Below, in pieces: positions 27,445 to 36,862 of a DNA stretch of 64,000 nt; position 1 is the first letter of the stretch; each line of letters starts with the position of its first letter. The notes beneath the pieces are model-generated. The model had not been told where the DNA came from, did no database searches, and saw nothing but the letters and a program-made list of their open reading frames with translations. This DNA is from a bacterium (GTDB lineage Bacteria; Electryoneota; Electryoneia; Electryoneales; Electryoneaceae), in NCBI GenBank assembly GCA_020444265.1, contig JAHLLH010000014.1, forward strand, positions 8,339-72,338, written 5' to 3'. A program made the position numbers and the translations under genes.

Positions 27445-30327
27445 TTACCGTTCTTTCGGGCTGTTTATTCGCGGGTGTTTCAGCAGACGATCATCCTCGG
27501 CACGTCCATCCGGGTGGCAGTCATAGCAGGCGCTGCTCTCGTAGATATACCCACCCACATCATCATGCTCGTCATCCATGTCATTCTGGTTGTGCTCGTG
27601 GCAGGAGATGCAGGTGAAGACCAGGTAGTTGTCCGGGTTCGGATGGCACTCGGAACAGCTGTCCCACTCGTTGCGATGTTCCCCGGAATAGATCGGGAAC
27701 CACTGCGCATCGTGGTTGAAATTTGCATCATCCCAGGTCACCGTATTATGGCAACTTTCGCAGGTCTGCGGGAACCCGGCAGACTGATGGTTCGGATCGT
27801 CGGCACCATTGTAGTCATCTTCATGACAGAAGAAGCAGTCTGAAGGCGTATTGGTGTAACCTTGGGAATGACAAAGGTTGCAGTCGAGACCATTGTGCGA
27901 TCCGGTCAACGGCCAGCCCGTGTCGCTATGATCAAACAGTGGCGCACTCCAATCAGCCGTGGTATGGCATTCGGTGCAAACCTGCCCGAAGCCGGCATCG
28001 CTATGGTTCGGGTCGGAAACCCCGTTGTAATCCTCCTCATGGCACGACCAGCAATCAGAGGGGGTGCCGGAAAAACCATCAGCATGGCAAAGATTGCAGT
28101 CAATGGAGGTGTGCGCCCCGGTCAATGGCCAGCCGGTATCACCGTGATCAAACAACGGTGCGTTCCAGTCAGCGGTGGTGTGGCACTCGGTACAATCTTG
28201 TCCGAAGCCGGCATCGCTGTGGTTCGGGTCGGCCACCCCGCTGTAGTCCTCTTCATGGCATGACCAGCAATCTGATGGAGTACCACTGAACATGGTTGCA
28301 TGACAGAGGTTGCAATCGAGTGACGTGTGCGCTCCGGTCAACGGCCATTCAGTGTAGCTGGCATGGTCGAAGTCGTCCGCATCCCAATCCTCTGTCGTGT
28401 GGCACTCGGTGCAGTCGTGTGGGTAGTTCAGCGCCACATGATCCGGATCGTCCGTGCCCTCATAATCCGCCTGGTGGCAGGACCAGCAGTCAGTCGGTGT
28501 GCCGACATAACCATCCGAATGACACAAACTGCAATCGAGAGTACGGTGGGCACCGGTCAACGGGAAATCGGTCTGATCATGGTCGAAGGTGGACTCATCC
28601 CAATCGCTCGTATTGTGGCAGATCGAGCAGTCGGTCGGGAACCCTTCTGCGACATGGTTCGGGTCGTCCGTGCCCTCGTAATCCGCCTGGTGGCAGGCGT
28701 AGCAGTCTGTCGGTGTGCCGGCATAGACACCACCGATGTGACAGAGTGCGCAATCGACATTACGGTGTTCGCCCGTCAAGGGGAAGTTGGTCTGGTCGTG
28801 ATCGAAATCCGCCCCTTCCCAAGTGATCGTCGTGTGACAGAGTGTGCAGTCCATCGGGTAGTTCTGCACCTCGTGGTCCGGATCCTCCGTTCCACGATAA
28901 TCTTCCTCATGGCACGACCAGCAATCATCCGGCGTGTCGGCATAGACCCCTTCAACATGACAGAGGTTGCAGTCGACATTGATGTGCTCACCGGTCAACG
29001 AATAATTGGTCTGGGCATCATGGTTGAAATTCGAGGGGGTCCACTCCGCCGTGGTGTGGCAGAGCGTGCAGTCGAGATCGAAGCTGTCCGGGTTGTGAAT
29101 CGGATCCTCGACCTCGGTGTAATCCGCCTCATGGCAGGAATAGCAATCATATGCGGTACCGTTGAACCCCTCCGCATGACAATCCGCGCACCCCAGTTCC
29201 AGATGGGCACCGTCGATGGTAAAATTGGTTTCGCTATGGTCGAAATCGGCGGGGGTATACGCCATTGTTGTATGGCACATTGTGCAGTCGAAATCGAACG
29301 CACCGTCCACATGGTTCGGGTCGTCCACACTCTCGTAGTCTTCACGGTGACAGCCAACACACTGGTCCGGGGTGCCGGTGTACTGGGCTTCGTGGCAGAG
29401 AGCACAATCGAGCGTCGTATGGGCACCGTCCAAGGGGAAACTGGTCAGGTCATGGTTGACGAAATCCGCCGGGGTCCAGGCGATGGTCGTGTGGCAGAGC
29501 TGGCACATCGTATTGAAGGCCGGACCGCTATGGTCCGGGTCAACTGTTCCTGCGAAGTCAGTATGATGGCAGGCATCGCACTCGTTGGAAACTTCGGTGT
29601 ACGCCTGACCAGCCACATGGCAGAGGGCGCAATCGCGGACAGCATGCCCGCCGGTCAACGGAAAGCTTTGGGTGTGGACAAACTGCACATCCGGGCCACC
29701 CCAATCGCCTCCGCCATCACCGCCAGCCTGGGTGACCCCATGACACTCGCTGCAATCGGTCGGAAAACCAGCCGCTGAATGGTCGGGATCGGTAGTGGAC
29801 TGGTAGGTATCGAGGTGGCAGGTGATGCACTCGGTGGAGAGGTCGCGGTACTCGCCGGACGCATGGCACGCCTGGCAATCGAGACCGGCATGGACCCCGA
29901 CCAGTGGGAACCGTGTCTCCTGGTGCATCTGACGGAACATCGGTTCATCCTGCCAATTCTGCGGCGAATGGCACTGATCGCAGGAGTTCCCGAACTGCCC
30001 CTCGTGGATGTCCGTATGGCAGGAAAAGCAGTCGGTGTCAGCATCACGGAAGACAAGACTCGTGTGGCAGGAGGAGCAGGCTACTTGCCCGTGCTGTCCT
30101 TCGAGCGGGTAACGGGTGTCGGCATCGTGGTTGAACAGGAGGACCGGTAGCAGACGATCCCATCCTTCGGTGCCATGGCAGTCATTGCAAGCCAAATCGA
30201 TCGGACCGTGCGGATTGTCCCCGTTCTGGGTAAACCCGGCAAGGGCCGATGAACCGATTGTCAGCAGGATCAGGCCCGCTAGCAGGACCACGGAGAATGT
30301 TCGCTGCAAAGTCACGTGTCTCATCAT
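27445..30327 (-). CDS. giant multiheme c-type cytochrome, about 37 CxxCH motifs, with internal near-identical tandem repeats (MHC2)
   Basis: I counted 37 CxxCH motifs. A repeating unit of roughly 60 aa (DC.LCH...GTP.DCWSCHEEDY.G..DPNHSDAGFGQ.CTECHTTADW.APLFDH.DTGWPLTG.H) occurs several times. I take the start at MMRHV (30327), which leaves a 28-nt gap to MHC1. Confidence 0.9.
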   Translation of the reverse strand: MMRHVTLQRTFSVVLLAGLILLTIGSSALAGFTQNGDNPHGPIDLACNDCHGTEGWDRLLPVLLFNHDADTRYPLEGQHGQVACSSCHTSLVFRDADTDCFSCHTDIHEGQFGNSCDQCHSPQNWQDEPMFRQMHQETRFPLVGVHAGLDCQACHASGEYRDLSTECITCHLDTYQSTTDPDHSAAGFPTDCSECHGVTQAGGDGGGDWGGPDVQFVHTQSFPLTGGHAVRDCALCHVAGQAYTEVSNECDACHHTDFAGTVDPDHSGPAFNTMCQLCHTTIAWTPADFVNHDLTSFPLDGAHTTLDCALCHEAQYTGTPDQCVGCHREDYESVDDPNHVDGAFDFDCTMCHTTMAYTPADFDHSETNFTIDGAHLELGCADCHAEGFNGTAYDCYSCHEADYTEVEDPIHNPDSFDLDCTLCHTTAEWTPSNFNHDAQTNYSLTGEHINVDCNLCHVEGVYADTPDDCWSCHEEDYRGTEDPDHEVQNYPMDCTLCHTTITWEGADFDHDQTNFPLTGEHRNVDCALCHIGGVYAGTPTDCYACHQADYEGTDDPNHVAEGFPTDCSICHNTSDWDESTFDHDQTDFPLTGAHRTLDCSLCHSDGYVGTPTDCWSCHQADYEGTDDPDHVALNYPHDCTECHTTEDWDADDFDHASYTEWPLTGAHTSLDCNLCHATMFSGTPSDCWSCHEEDYSGVADPNHSDAGFGQDCTECHTTADWNAPLFDHGDTGWPLTGAHTSIDCNLCHADGFSGTPSDCWSCHEEDYNGVSDPNHSDAGFGQVCTECHTTADWSAPLFDHSDTGWPLTGSHNGLDCNLCHSQGYTNTPSDCFFCHEDDYNGADDPNHQSAGFPQTCESCHNTVTWDDANFNHDAQWFPIYSGEHRNEWDSCSECHPNPDNYLVFTCISCHEHNQNDMDDEHDDVGGYIYESSACYDCHPDGRAEDDRLLKHPRINSPKER

Positions 30328-30355
30328 CTTCCCCTTTCCACACTGGGTAAACCAT

Positions 30356-32092
30356 TTACCCGCGTGTCCCCTCCATCTGCGGAACCGTGCTGCCATGGCA
30401 ATCGGAACACTCCATGCCGAGCGGCTTGTAGATCACCATCTCGCTGCCATCGCTTCGCATCACCGGCTTATGGCACTGGTTGCACTCCACCTTGATGTGA
30501 GCACCATCGAGTTGGAATCGGCTATCCCGGTTGTGCACAAATTCCAGCTCCTTCCAGCCCGCAGGCTGGTGGCAACGATCACAGGTGGTCTCGGTTTCGC
30601 CTTGGTCCATTCGTACAAACTGATCGCCGTGGATGTTGTCATGACAGCCGGCGCAGGTCATCTCAAGCGGTTTCATCCAGACAACCTGTTCCCCTTCCTG
30701 CTCAATGGTGTGGCATTCGAGGCAGAGGATTTCGCGGTGCTGTCCTTCGAGCGGGAATCGTGCCAGACTGTGGTCAAAGCTGGTACGATGCCAGGTATCT
30801 GTCGAGTGGCAGTACTCGCAGCCGTTCTTATCGACCCAGATGTTGAGCTGGCCCTGGTGGATGTCCTCATGGCATGCCTGGCAGGTCGTCATCTCCCAGG
30901 CAAACTGGGCATAGCTGCCATCGTCATCCTCCATCACCTGCGCATGGCAGAGGTTGCAGGGAACGGCAAAATGGCTGCCGGTCAGGGGATAGTCCGATTG
31001 CTGGTGCTGCTCAAAGCCATAATCGGCCGGGATGAAGCCCTCTACTGTGTGGCAGCTTTCGCACGCACCACCATCACTGCGCCCAGCGAACTGCCCGCGA
31101 TGTTCATCGTCGTGGCAATCGGTGCACCCGGCGAACTTGAGCGGATCGGTCATCACACCCGTTGTGTGGCACTCCTTGCAGTCAACATCGATATGTTTTC
31201 CACGCAGGGGATAAGTCGTCTTGTCGTGATCAAACTGCTCGTCCTTGACTTGTTGGAAGCTCGCGGTCGTGTGACATTTGGTACAGTTGGCCCCGAAACG
31301 GCCCTCGTGCTTGTCCTCATGACAGTTGACGCAGCTTGAGTACTCGAGGCCCTGGTAGTGCGAATATTGGCCGACATGCTCGGCTTTCTGGAGCAGGTTC
31401 GAATTGACCGCTGGAGCTTCCTGCCAGGGGTGGCATTTTTCGCAGGAGACATCGGTGTGCTTGCCGTCCAAACGGTACTTCGCATCGTCGTGGTTAAACC
31501 CGGATGCCGGGGTCCAGCCCTCCATCGTGTGGCAGGTAAGGCAATCATCGGTGAGTTGATTACGGTGTTCATCGACATGGCAGGTGACACACGCTTTGTC
31601 CAGGCCGAGGTGGGTACGATCCTTGTCGATGCTGTCATCGTTCCCGAAACGATCCGCCTGCTGGAACCGTGCCACATGACAATCGGCACAATCTTCTTCC
31701 GCATGCTTGCCTTCGAGGGGATACCCGGTCAGGGTGTGGTCAAAGTTGTCCTGTCCCTCTGTCCAGAAAATGAGCTCGTAATCCCGTCCGTGATGTTCCG
31801 AGTGGCACGATGCGCAGGTTTTATCCGTGACCTCAGCGGAAGCATGGTAGCCGCTGCCCTCATCCATCCGGGTTTGGATGGCAGTATGGCAGACAAGACA
31901 CTTCTCGTTGGTCACCGCCTCACCCAGCTGGTGGCAGTTGGTGCAGTTGCGGATCCCTTCCAGCTCTTCATGATAGCCGGACAGCTTACCGGGAGAAATC
32001 TGGGCCAGTGATGGCACCGCCCAAAGCAGCATTAATGCCACAATGGACATGCTTCGTGTCCAGCACCCAGTACCCTGCCGCATGTTCTTCAT
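30356..32092 (-). CDS. multiheme c-type cytochrome, about 20 CxxCH motifs (MHC1)
   Basis: Signal peptide MKNMRQGTGCWTRSMSIVALMLLWAVPSLAQ. I counted 20 CxxCH motifs. Confidence 0.9.
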   Translation of the reverse strand: MKNMRQGTGCWTRSMSIVALMLLWAVPSLAQISPGKLSGYHEELEGIRNCTNCHQLGEAVTNEKCLVCHTAIQTRMDEGSGYHASAEVTDKTCASCHSEHHGRDYELIFWTEGQDNFDHTLTGYPLEGKHAEEDCADCHVARFQQADRFGNDDSIDKDRTHLGLDKACVTCHVDEHRNQLTDDCLTCHTMEGWTPASGFNHDDAKYRLDGKHTDVSCEKCHPWQEAPAVNSNLLQKAEHVGQYSHYQGLEYSSCVNCHEDKHEGRFGANCTKCHTTASFQQVKDEQFDHDKTTYPLRGKHIDVDCKECHTTGVMTDPLKFAGCTDCHDDEHRGQFAGRSDGGACESCHTVEGFIPADYGFEQHQQSDYPLTGSHFAVPCNLCHAQVMEDDDGSYAQFAWEMTTCQACHEDIHQGQLNIWVDKNGCEYCHSTDTWHRTSFDHSLARFPLEGQHREILCLECHTIEQEGEQVVWMKPLEMTCAGCHDNIHGDQFVRMDQGETETTCDRCHQPAGWKELEFVHNRDSRFQLDGAHIKVECNQCHKPVMRSDGSEMVIYKPLGMECSDCHGSTVPQMEGTRG

Positions 32093-32122
32093 GGTCCTTC
32101 TACCCCCTGCTGCCCAGTTCGG

Positions 32123-33436
32123 TCAAGATTCCCCGAATTTCCGTGTGAACTGCACGCCAACTCGCTCCAGAAACGCCGTCGGCAACTCCCCACCCGCGAA
32201 GATGAAAACCTGGTCATTGGGCAGTGTCACTGTCTCGCCAGCCTTGTCGAGGATGACTGCATCATCGAGGATTTCTTTCACCTCGGACAGCAAAATGAGT
32301 TCGATCTTGCCAGACTCTACCGCCTTGTCGAGACGATCTTTGTTGCCTTCTTTGATACGGAAAATGCGGTCACGGCGGTAGGAAAGATGGACCGTGTTGC
32401 CCTCTACATCGCTCAGGGCTACCGCCGCTTCCACTGCGCTGTCACCTCCACCGACCACGAGAATGTTTAGGTCGTGGTACTTCTCCGGATTCAGCATCCG
32501 GTAAGCGACCTTTGAAGCTTTTTCCCCCGGGCAGCCCAGTTTACGCGGGCTGCCGCGACGTCCAATCGCGAGCAGCACACGTTTTGCCTCGAACGTCTCG
32601 CCTTGCGCTGTGGTCACTGTGAAATGACCATTCGTTTTCTCGACCGTTTCCACCTTCTGTCCGGCATGCACCTTTAAATCGGCCACGCTGAAGATTTCGC
32701 TGAAGAGCTCCAGCAGTTTTTCTTTTTGCACTTCACGCAGTTTCAGTTTGCCGTAGATCGGCAAATCAACAGGTCGTGTCATCACCAGCTTACGTCGCGG
32801 ATAGGTGAGGACTGTTCCGCCCAGATCTTCCTGATCGACAATCGCAAAGTTTATCTTCTCGGTCCGTGCCGCCAACGCCGCACCCAACCCCGCTGGTCCT
32901 GCACCGACAATCACCAGGTCGAGCACTTTCTCCGCTCGTTTCTTCTCGTCTAGGCTCTTCGCGATGAACTGCGCCGCCTGGATGCCCTGGGTCATCGCAT
33001 TGCGAATCAACCCCATTCCACCCAGTTCACCAGCAATGTAGACTCCAGCCACATTCGTTTCGAATGTGCCCTTCAAGTGAGGGATGTCCACCCCTCGTTT
33101 TTCCGTGCCAAAGACGAGGGAAATTGCCTCTACCGGACAGGCGGCATGGCACATCCCATGGCCGATGCAGCGTGATGGATTGATCAAAGCACCGCGGTTG
33201 TTGATCAGGCCGAGCACATCCTGTTCAGGACAGGCACGGACACAAGCGCCGGAACCAATGCAGGTGTTGGGGTCAATCACGGGATGGAGGGAGACCGGTT
33301 CATCGAGGCCGAGTTCGATGGCCTTCTTCAGGGTGGTGGCCGCTTTCTCACTTTTGCGACGTTCCCGCAGCCAGTAGAGTGCGGGCACAAGAATGGTCAG
33401 CAAACCGACAACGACATAGATTAACACCTCGAGCAC
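32123..33436 (-). CDS. membrane-anchored fusion of a 2x[4Fe-4S] ferredoxin and an FAD/NAD(P)-binding oxidoreductase
   Basis: N-terminal transmembrane helix, two 4Fe-4S motifs (CIGSGACVRACP and CIGHGMCHAACP), then pyridine-nucleotide-disulfide-oxidoreductase Rossmann motifs (VIVGAGPAGLGAA and ILVVGGGDSAVEAA). First gene of the cytochrome operon. Confidence 0.8.
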   Translation of the reverse strand: MLEVLIYVVVGLLTILVPALYWLRERRKSEKAATTLKKAIELGLDEPVSLHPVIDPNTCIGSGACVRACPEQDVLGLINNRGALINPSRCIGHGMCHAACPVEAISLVFGTEKRGVDIPHLKGTFETNVAGVYIAGELGGMGLIRNAMTQGIQAAQFIAKSLDEKKRAEKVLDLVIVGAGPAGLGAALAARTEKINFAIVDQEDLGGTVLTYPRRKLVMTRPVDLPIYGKLKLREVQKEKLLELFSEIFSVADLKVHAGQKVETVEKTNGHFTVTTAQGETFEAKRVLLAIGRRGSPRKLGCPGEKASKVAYRMLNPEKYHDLNILVVGGGDSAVEAAVALSDVEGNTVHLSYRRDRIFRIKEGNKDRLDKAVESGKIELILLSEVKEILDDAVILDKAGETVTLPNDQVFIFAGGELPTAFLERVGVQFTRKFGES

Positions 33437-33673
33437 GGCCGCCTCAGAGTTAGGGAATCAGAACACTGAAACCTAAATAAATCTCAGGTATTCAGCACGG
33501 CTGCGATCCCCCCGACTGCCATTTCCAGCCCGCCGTATATATTCCTGCTAATTCTCTATAAAATATGGAATAGCAAATAGATGTGCTGCTGACAACACAG
33601 TGTTTTACTCTCCTAACAACAAAAATAAACGGGGGCTAAACTCCCTGTCACCTCCTTCTCTTCTTTGTCTAAA

Positions 33674-33701
33674 TCAACGGCTGCGCAGAAGCGCAGCCGT
33701 T
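33674..33701 (-). terminator. terminator hairpin downstream of the RND2 gene (CAACGGCTGCGC agaa GCGCAGCCGTTG)
   Basis: Perfect 12-bp stem in the region between the RND2 stop and the promoter region of the cytochrome operon. Confidence 0.5.
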
Positions 33702-33745
33702 GGTCATACTTTAACGGTGTAATTTAGGAGTTGTAAGATTGCCGC

Positions 33746-36700
33746 TCATCTTGGATCAACCTTCATCCTTGATTCGAGTCGTCCCTCGAACCACTTGTAG
33801 AAGGCTGGTAGCACGAGCAGGGTCAGCAAGGTCGAGGTAACGAGGCCACCGACAACGACGGTCGCCAGGGGACGCTGCACCTCGCTACCGGTACCAGTCG
33901 CGAAGAGCAACGGGGTCAGGCCGAGGGCAGTGGTGACAGCGGTCATCAGCACGGCACGCATTCTAAGCATGGCGGCCTTGACCGACGCCTCGTCCAGCGC
34001 AATACCTTCCTTTCGTAACCCGTTCAGGGTGCTCAGCAGGACCATGCCGTTCTCGAGCGCTATCCCGAACAGGGCGATAAACCCTACCGATGAAGGCACC
34101 GACAGGTTCTGCCCGCTGATCCACAGCGCAAGAATGCCACCCACAAGTGCAAGGGGAATATTGAGCAAAATCAGCAGGGTGTTTTTCAGCGAATTGAAGC
34201 TTGTGTAAAGAAGCAGCGTAATGAGCAGCAGGGTAATCGGTACTACCACAGCAAGCCGTTTGTTGGCCTCCTGCTGCAAACGGAACTGCCCACCCCAAGT
34301 CACCAGGTAGCCAGCAGGCAAATCAACCTCCCTGGCGATCACCTGCTCTGCTTCAGCGACGAACGACCCGATGTCACGTTCTTCGACATTACACTGGATC
34401 GAGATGAAGCGTTGGTTGTCCTCACGTGTAATCTGTCGTGGGCCAGTAATGGTCTGGACATCCGCAAGCTGATCCAACGGCACCAGCAATCCGTCCGGAG
34501 TTGGTACAAGGATCGAACGAATCGCCTCTGGTGTACTACGTGCCTCCTCACGGTAGCGAACGACGATGTCGAAGCGACGAATCCCTTCGAAAATCTGACC
34601 CGCTTCCTCGCCGCCAACCGCCGCCGCAACCACTTCCTGGACATCTGCGATTGGAACACCGTAGCGAGCAATCGCTTCACGGTCAATTTGTACAAGTAAC
34701 TGAGGGGTGCCGCTAATCTGATCGACCTGGACATCACGAGCGCCGGGTACGGTTTGCAGCGCAAGGGCAATCTCATCAGCAGATGCTTTCAGCTGATCAA
34801 GATCATCGCCAAATAGTTTCACGGCCAGTTCTGCCTTCACCCCTTCCAGCAACTCATCGATGGTGGCCGCAATGGGCTGTGTGAAGCTGACGCGAGTCCC
34901 TGGGACATTACCAAGATCACCACGGATCAGGTCGACCAACTCCGGCTGGCTGCTTACACGCCACGTCGATTCATCGCTCAGCAACACGTACATTTCGACA
35001 CTGTTAACCGGATCGGTATGAGCGCCAACTTCCCCTCGTCCAATCCGGCTGACCACCTCTTCGACTTCGGGAATATCCATCAGGCGACGTTCCACAATCA
35101 TCGCCATCCGTTTGCTCTCCTCCAGCGCGATGGAGGGCGCCAGGGTGAGCCGGATCAGGAGGGTGCCCTCCTGAAGCTGAGGAGTAAACTCACTGCCGAG
35201 CTGGGTTACCCCAACACCACCCGTCAGCAACAGCACCACCACCAGCAGTACGGCCAGGCTTCGTCGTGAGATGAACTTTCGCAGCAGTGGTTCATAGAGT
35301 CGATTGAGCCCATTGATCATCTTCGACGAAACGGATCTGTCCCTTGAGCGATATCGTCTCCTCATCAACAAACTCGCCAGCACTGGCACCGCAACAATTG
35401 CATAGACTAACGATCCCGCCATCGCATAACCGATAGTCCAGGCCAGTGGACGGAACGTCTTCCCTTCCACGCCCTGCAAAGTCATGATCGGCGAGAAGAC
35501 AACGAGAATAATCAGGATCGAAAAGGTGACGGGACGCAGCACTTCGCCTGCGGCATCGAGGACAATTTGCCTGCGGTCCCCCATTCCCGAACTCTGCTGC
35601 AAACGTCGGTCAATGTTCTCGACCAGCACGACGGCACCATCGACCATCATCCCGATAGCAATCGCCAGTCCACCGAGCGACATCAGGTTGGCGGAAATAC
35701 CGGTTTGACGCATCAGCAGGAAAGCAAACAGCACGGAGAAAGGGATCGAGAGTGCAACGACAAGGCTGGGACGCCATCCGCCCATGAAGAGCAGGATGAC
35801 TAGAATGACAAGGACAACGCCTTGGCCCAGGGCGGAAAGAACGGTTGATACCGCAGCATCGACCAGACTTTTCTGGTCGTAATAGGGAACGATCCGGACC
35901 CCTTCTGGTAGAATCGTGTTGACCTCGTCCAGCTTCTTCTCAACTCGTTCAATCACAGACGAGGTGTTGCTTCCAAATAGTTTGATCACCTGCCCTGCAA
36001 CCACCTCTTCCACACCATTGTGGGTCTGGAGGCCACGACGTATCGCGCCACCTTCACGCACGTTGGCGATGTCATGAAGGTGGATCGGCACACCATCCAC
36101 CGACTTGACCACAACTCGATTCAGGTCATCAATACTTTTGGCCAAGCCAACTGAGCGGACGATATACTCTTCCGCGTTCTCCTCGACAAACTGCGCGCCG
36201 GTGTTGAGGTTGTTGGCTTTCAACGCCTCCACCACCTCGTGCAGACGGATGCCATACCTCAGCAGGGATGCGGGATCCACCACCACCTGGAATTGCTTCT
36301 CCCAGCCACCGATTCCAAGTACTTCGGTAACACCTGGTACGGTCTGGAGGTGGTACTTGATCAACCAATCCTGGATGCTGCGCAGCTCGGTCAGGGAACG
36401 TGTTCCGGTGGTATCCTCGAGGTAGTAGAAGAGGACGAGGCCCATTCCGGTCGAGATCGGTCCCATCTCCGGGTCACCAAAGCCTTCCGGGATCTGGTCA
36501 CGCGCCTCCTGCAAGCGTTCGTTGACCAATTGCCGTGCGAAGTAGATGTCCACGTCATCCTCGAAGTAGACATTCACCACCGACAGCCCGAAGTTGGAAA
36601 CCGAACGTACTTTTGTCAGGCCCGGCAAGCCGTTCATCACCGTTTCAACTGGATAGGTGATGTAGGTTTCCACCTCTTCCGGCGCCAATCCCTCGGTGAC

Positions 36701-36853
36701 GGTAAATACTTGCACCAGGTTGGGCGAGACATCCGGGAAGGCATCAACAGGCAGATCTCGGTAGGCTATCCAGCCCGCTCCCATGGTCAGCAGAAACAGC
36801 ACCACCACAAGCAGACGACCGGAGAGAGCGGATCGTACAATTCGATTCAGCAT
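33746..36853 (-). CDS. CusA/CzcA-family heavy-metal efflux RND transporter (second, paralogous copy)
   Basis: 1035 aa, same architecture and motifs as 20015..23125 (GGLAIAIGMMVDGAVVLVEN). Confidence 0.9.
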   Translation of the reverse strand: MLNRIVRSALSGRLLVVVLFLLTMGAGWIAYRDLPVDAFPDVSPNLVQVFTVTEGLAPEEVETYITYPVETVMNGLPGLTKVRSVSNFGLSVVNVYFEDDVDIYFARQLVNERLQEARDQIPEGFGDPEMGPISTGMGLVLFYYLEDTTGTRSLTELRSIQDWLIKYHLQTVPGVTEVLGIGGWEKQFQVVVDPASLLRYGIRLHEVVEALKANNLNTGAQFVEENAEEYIVRSVGLAKSIDDLNRVVVKSVDGVPIHLHDIANVREGGAIRRGLQTHNGVEEVVAGQVIKLFGSNTSSVIERVEKKLDEVNTILPEGVRIVPYYDQKSLVDAAVSTVLSALGQGVVLVILVILLFMGGWRPSLVVALSIPFSVLFAFLLMRQTGISANLMSLGGLAIAIGMMVDGAVVLVENIDRRLQQSSGMGDRRQIVLDAAGEVLRPVTFSILIILVVFSPIMTLQGVEGKTFRPLAWTIGYAMAGSLVYAIVAVPVLASLLMRRRYRSRDRSVSSKMINGLNRLYEPLLRKFISRRSLAVLLVVVLLLTGGVGVTQLGSEFTPQLQEGTLLIRLTLAPSIALEESKRMAMIVERRLMDIPEVEEVVSRIGRGEVGAHTDPVNSVEMYVLLSDESTWRVSSQPELVDLIRGDLGNVPGTRVSFTQPIAATIDELLEGVKAELAVKLFGDDLDQLKASADEIALALQTVPGARDVQVDQISGTPQLLVQIDREAIARYGVPIADVQEVVAAAVGGEEAGQIFEGIRRFDIVVRYREEARSTPEAIRSILVPTPDGLLVPLDQLADVQTITGPRQITREDNQRFISIQCNVEERDIGSFVAEAEQVIAREVDLPAGYLVTWGGQFRLQQEANKRLAVVVPITLLLITLLLYTSFNSLKNTLLILLNIPLALVGGILALWISGQNLSVPSSVGFIALFGIALENGMVLLSTLNGLRKEGIALDEASVKAAMLRMRAVLMTAVTTALGLTPLLFATGTGSEVQRPLATVVVGGLVTSTLLTLLVLPAFYKWFEGRLESRMKVDPR

Positions 36854-36862
36854 ACTCCCTCC

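Noticed and set aside
28327-29778. 483-aa plus-strand ORF, and other long plus-strand ORFs at 26496..27617 and 30116..31339
   Set aside because: Antisense to the multiheme cytochrome genes, whose minus-strand frames carry dozens of CxxCH motifs. The plus frames are repetitive and Arg/Gly-rich.
27445-30396. Possible CRISPR-like periodicity
   Set aside because: The periodic repeats here are protein-coding CxxCH modules, about 180 bp each, with no spacer-and-short-repeat structure. No CRISPR array or cas gene is present anywhere in the window.
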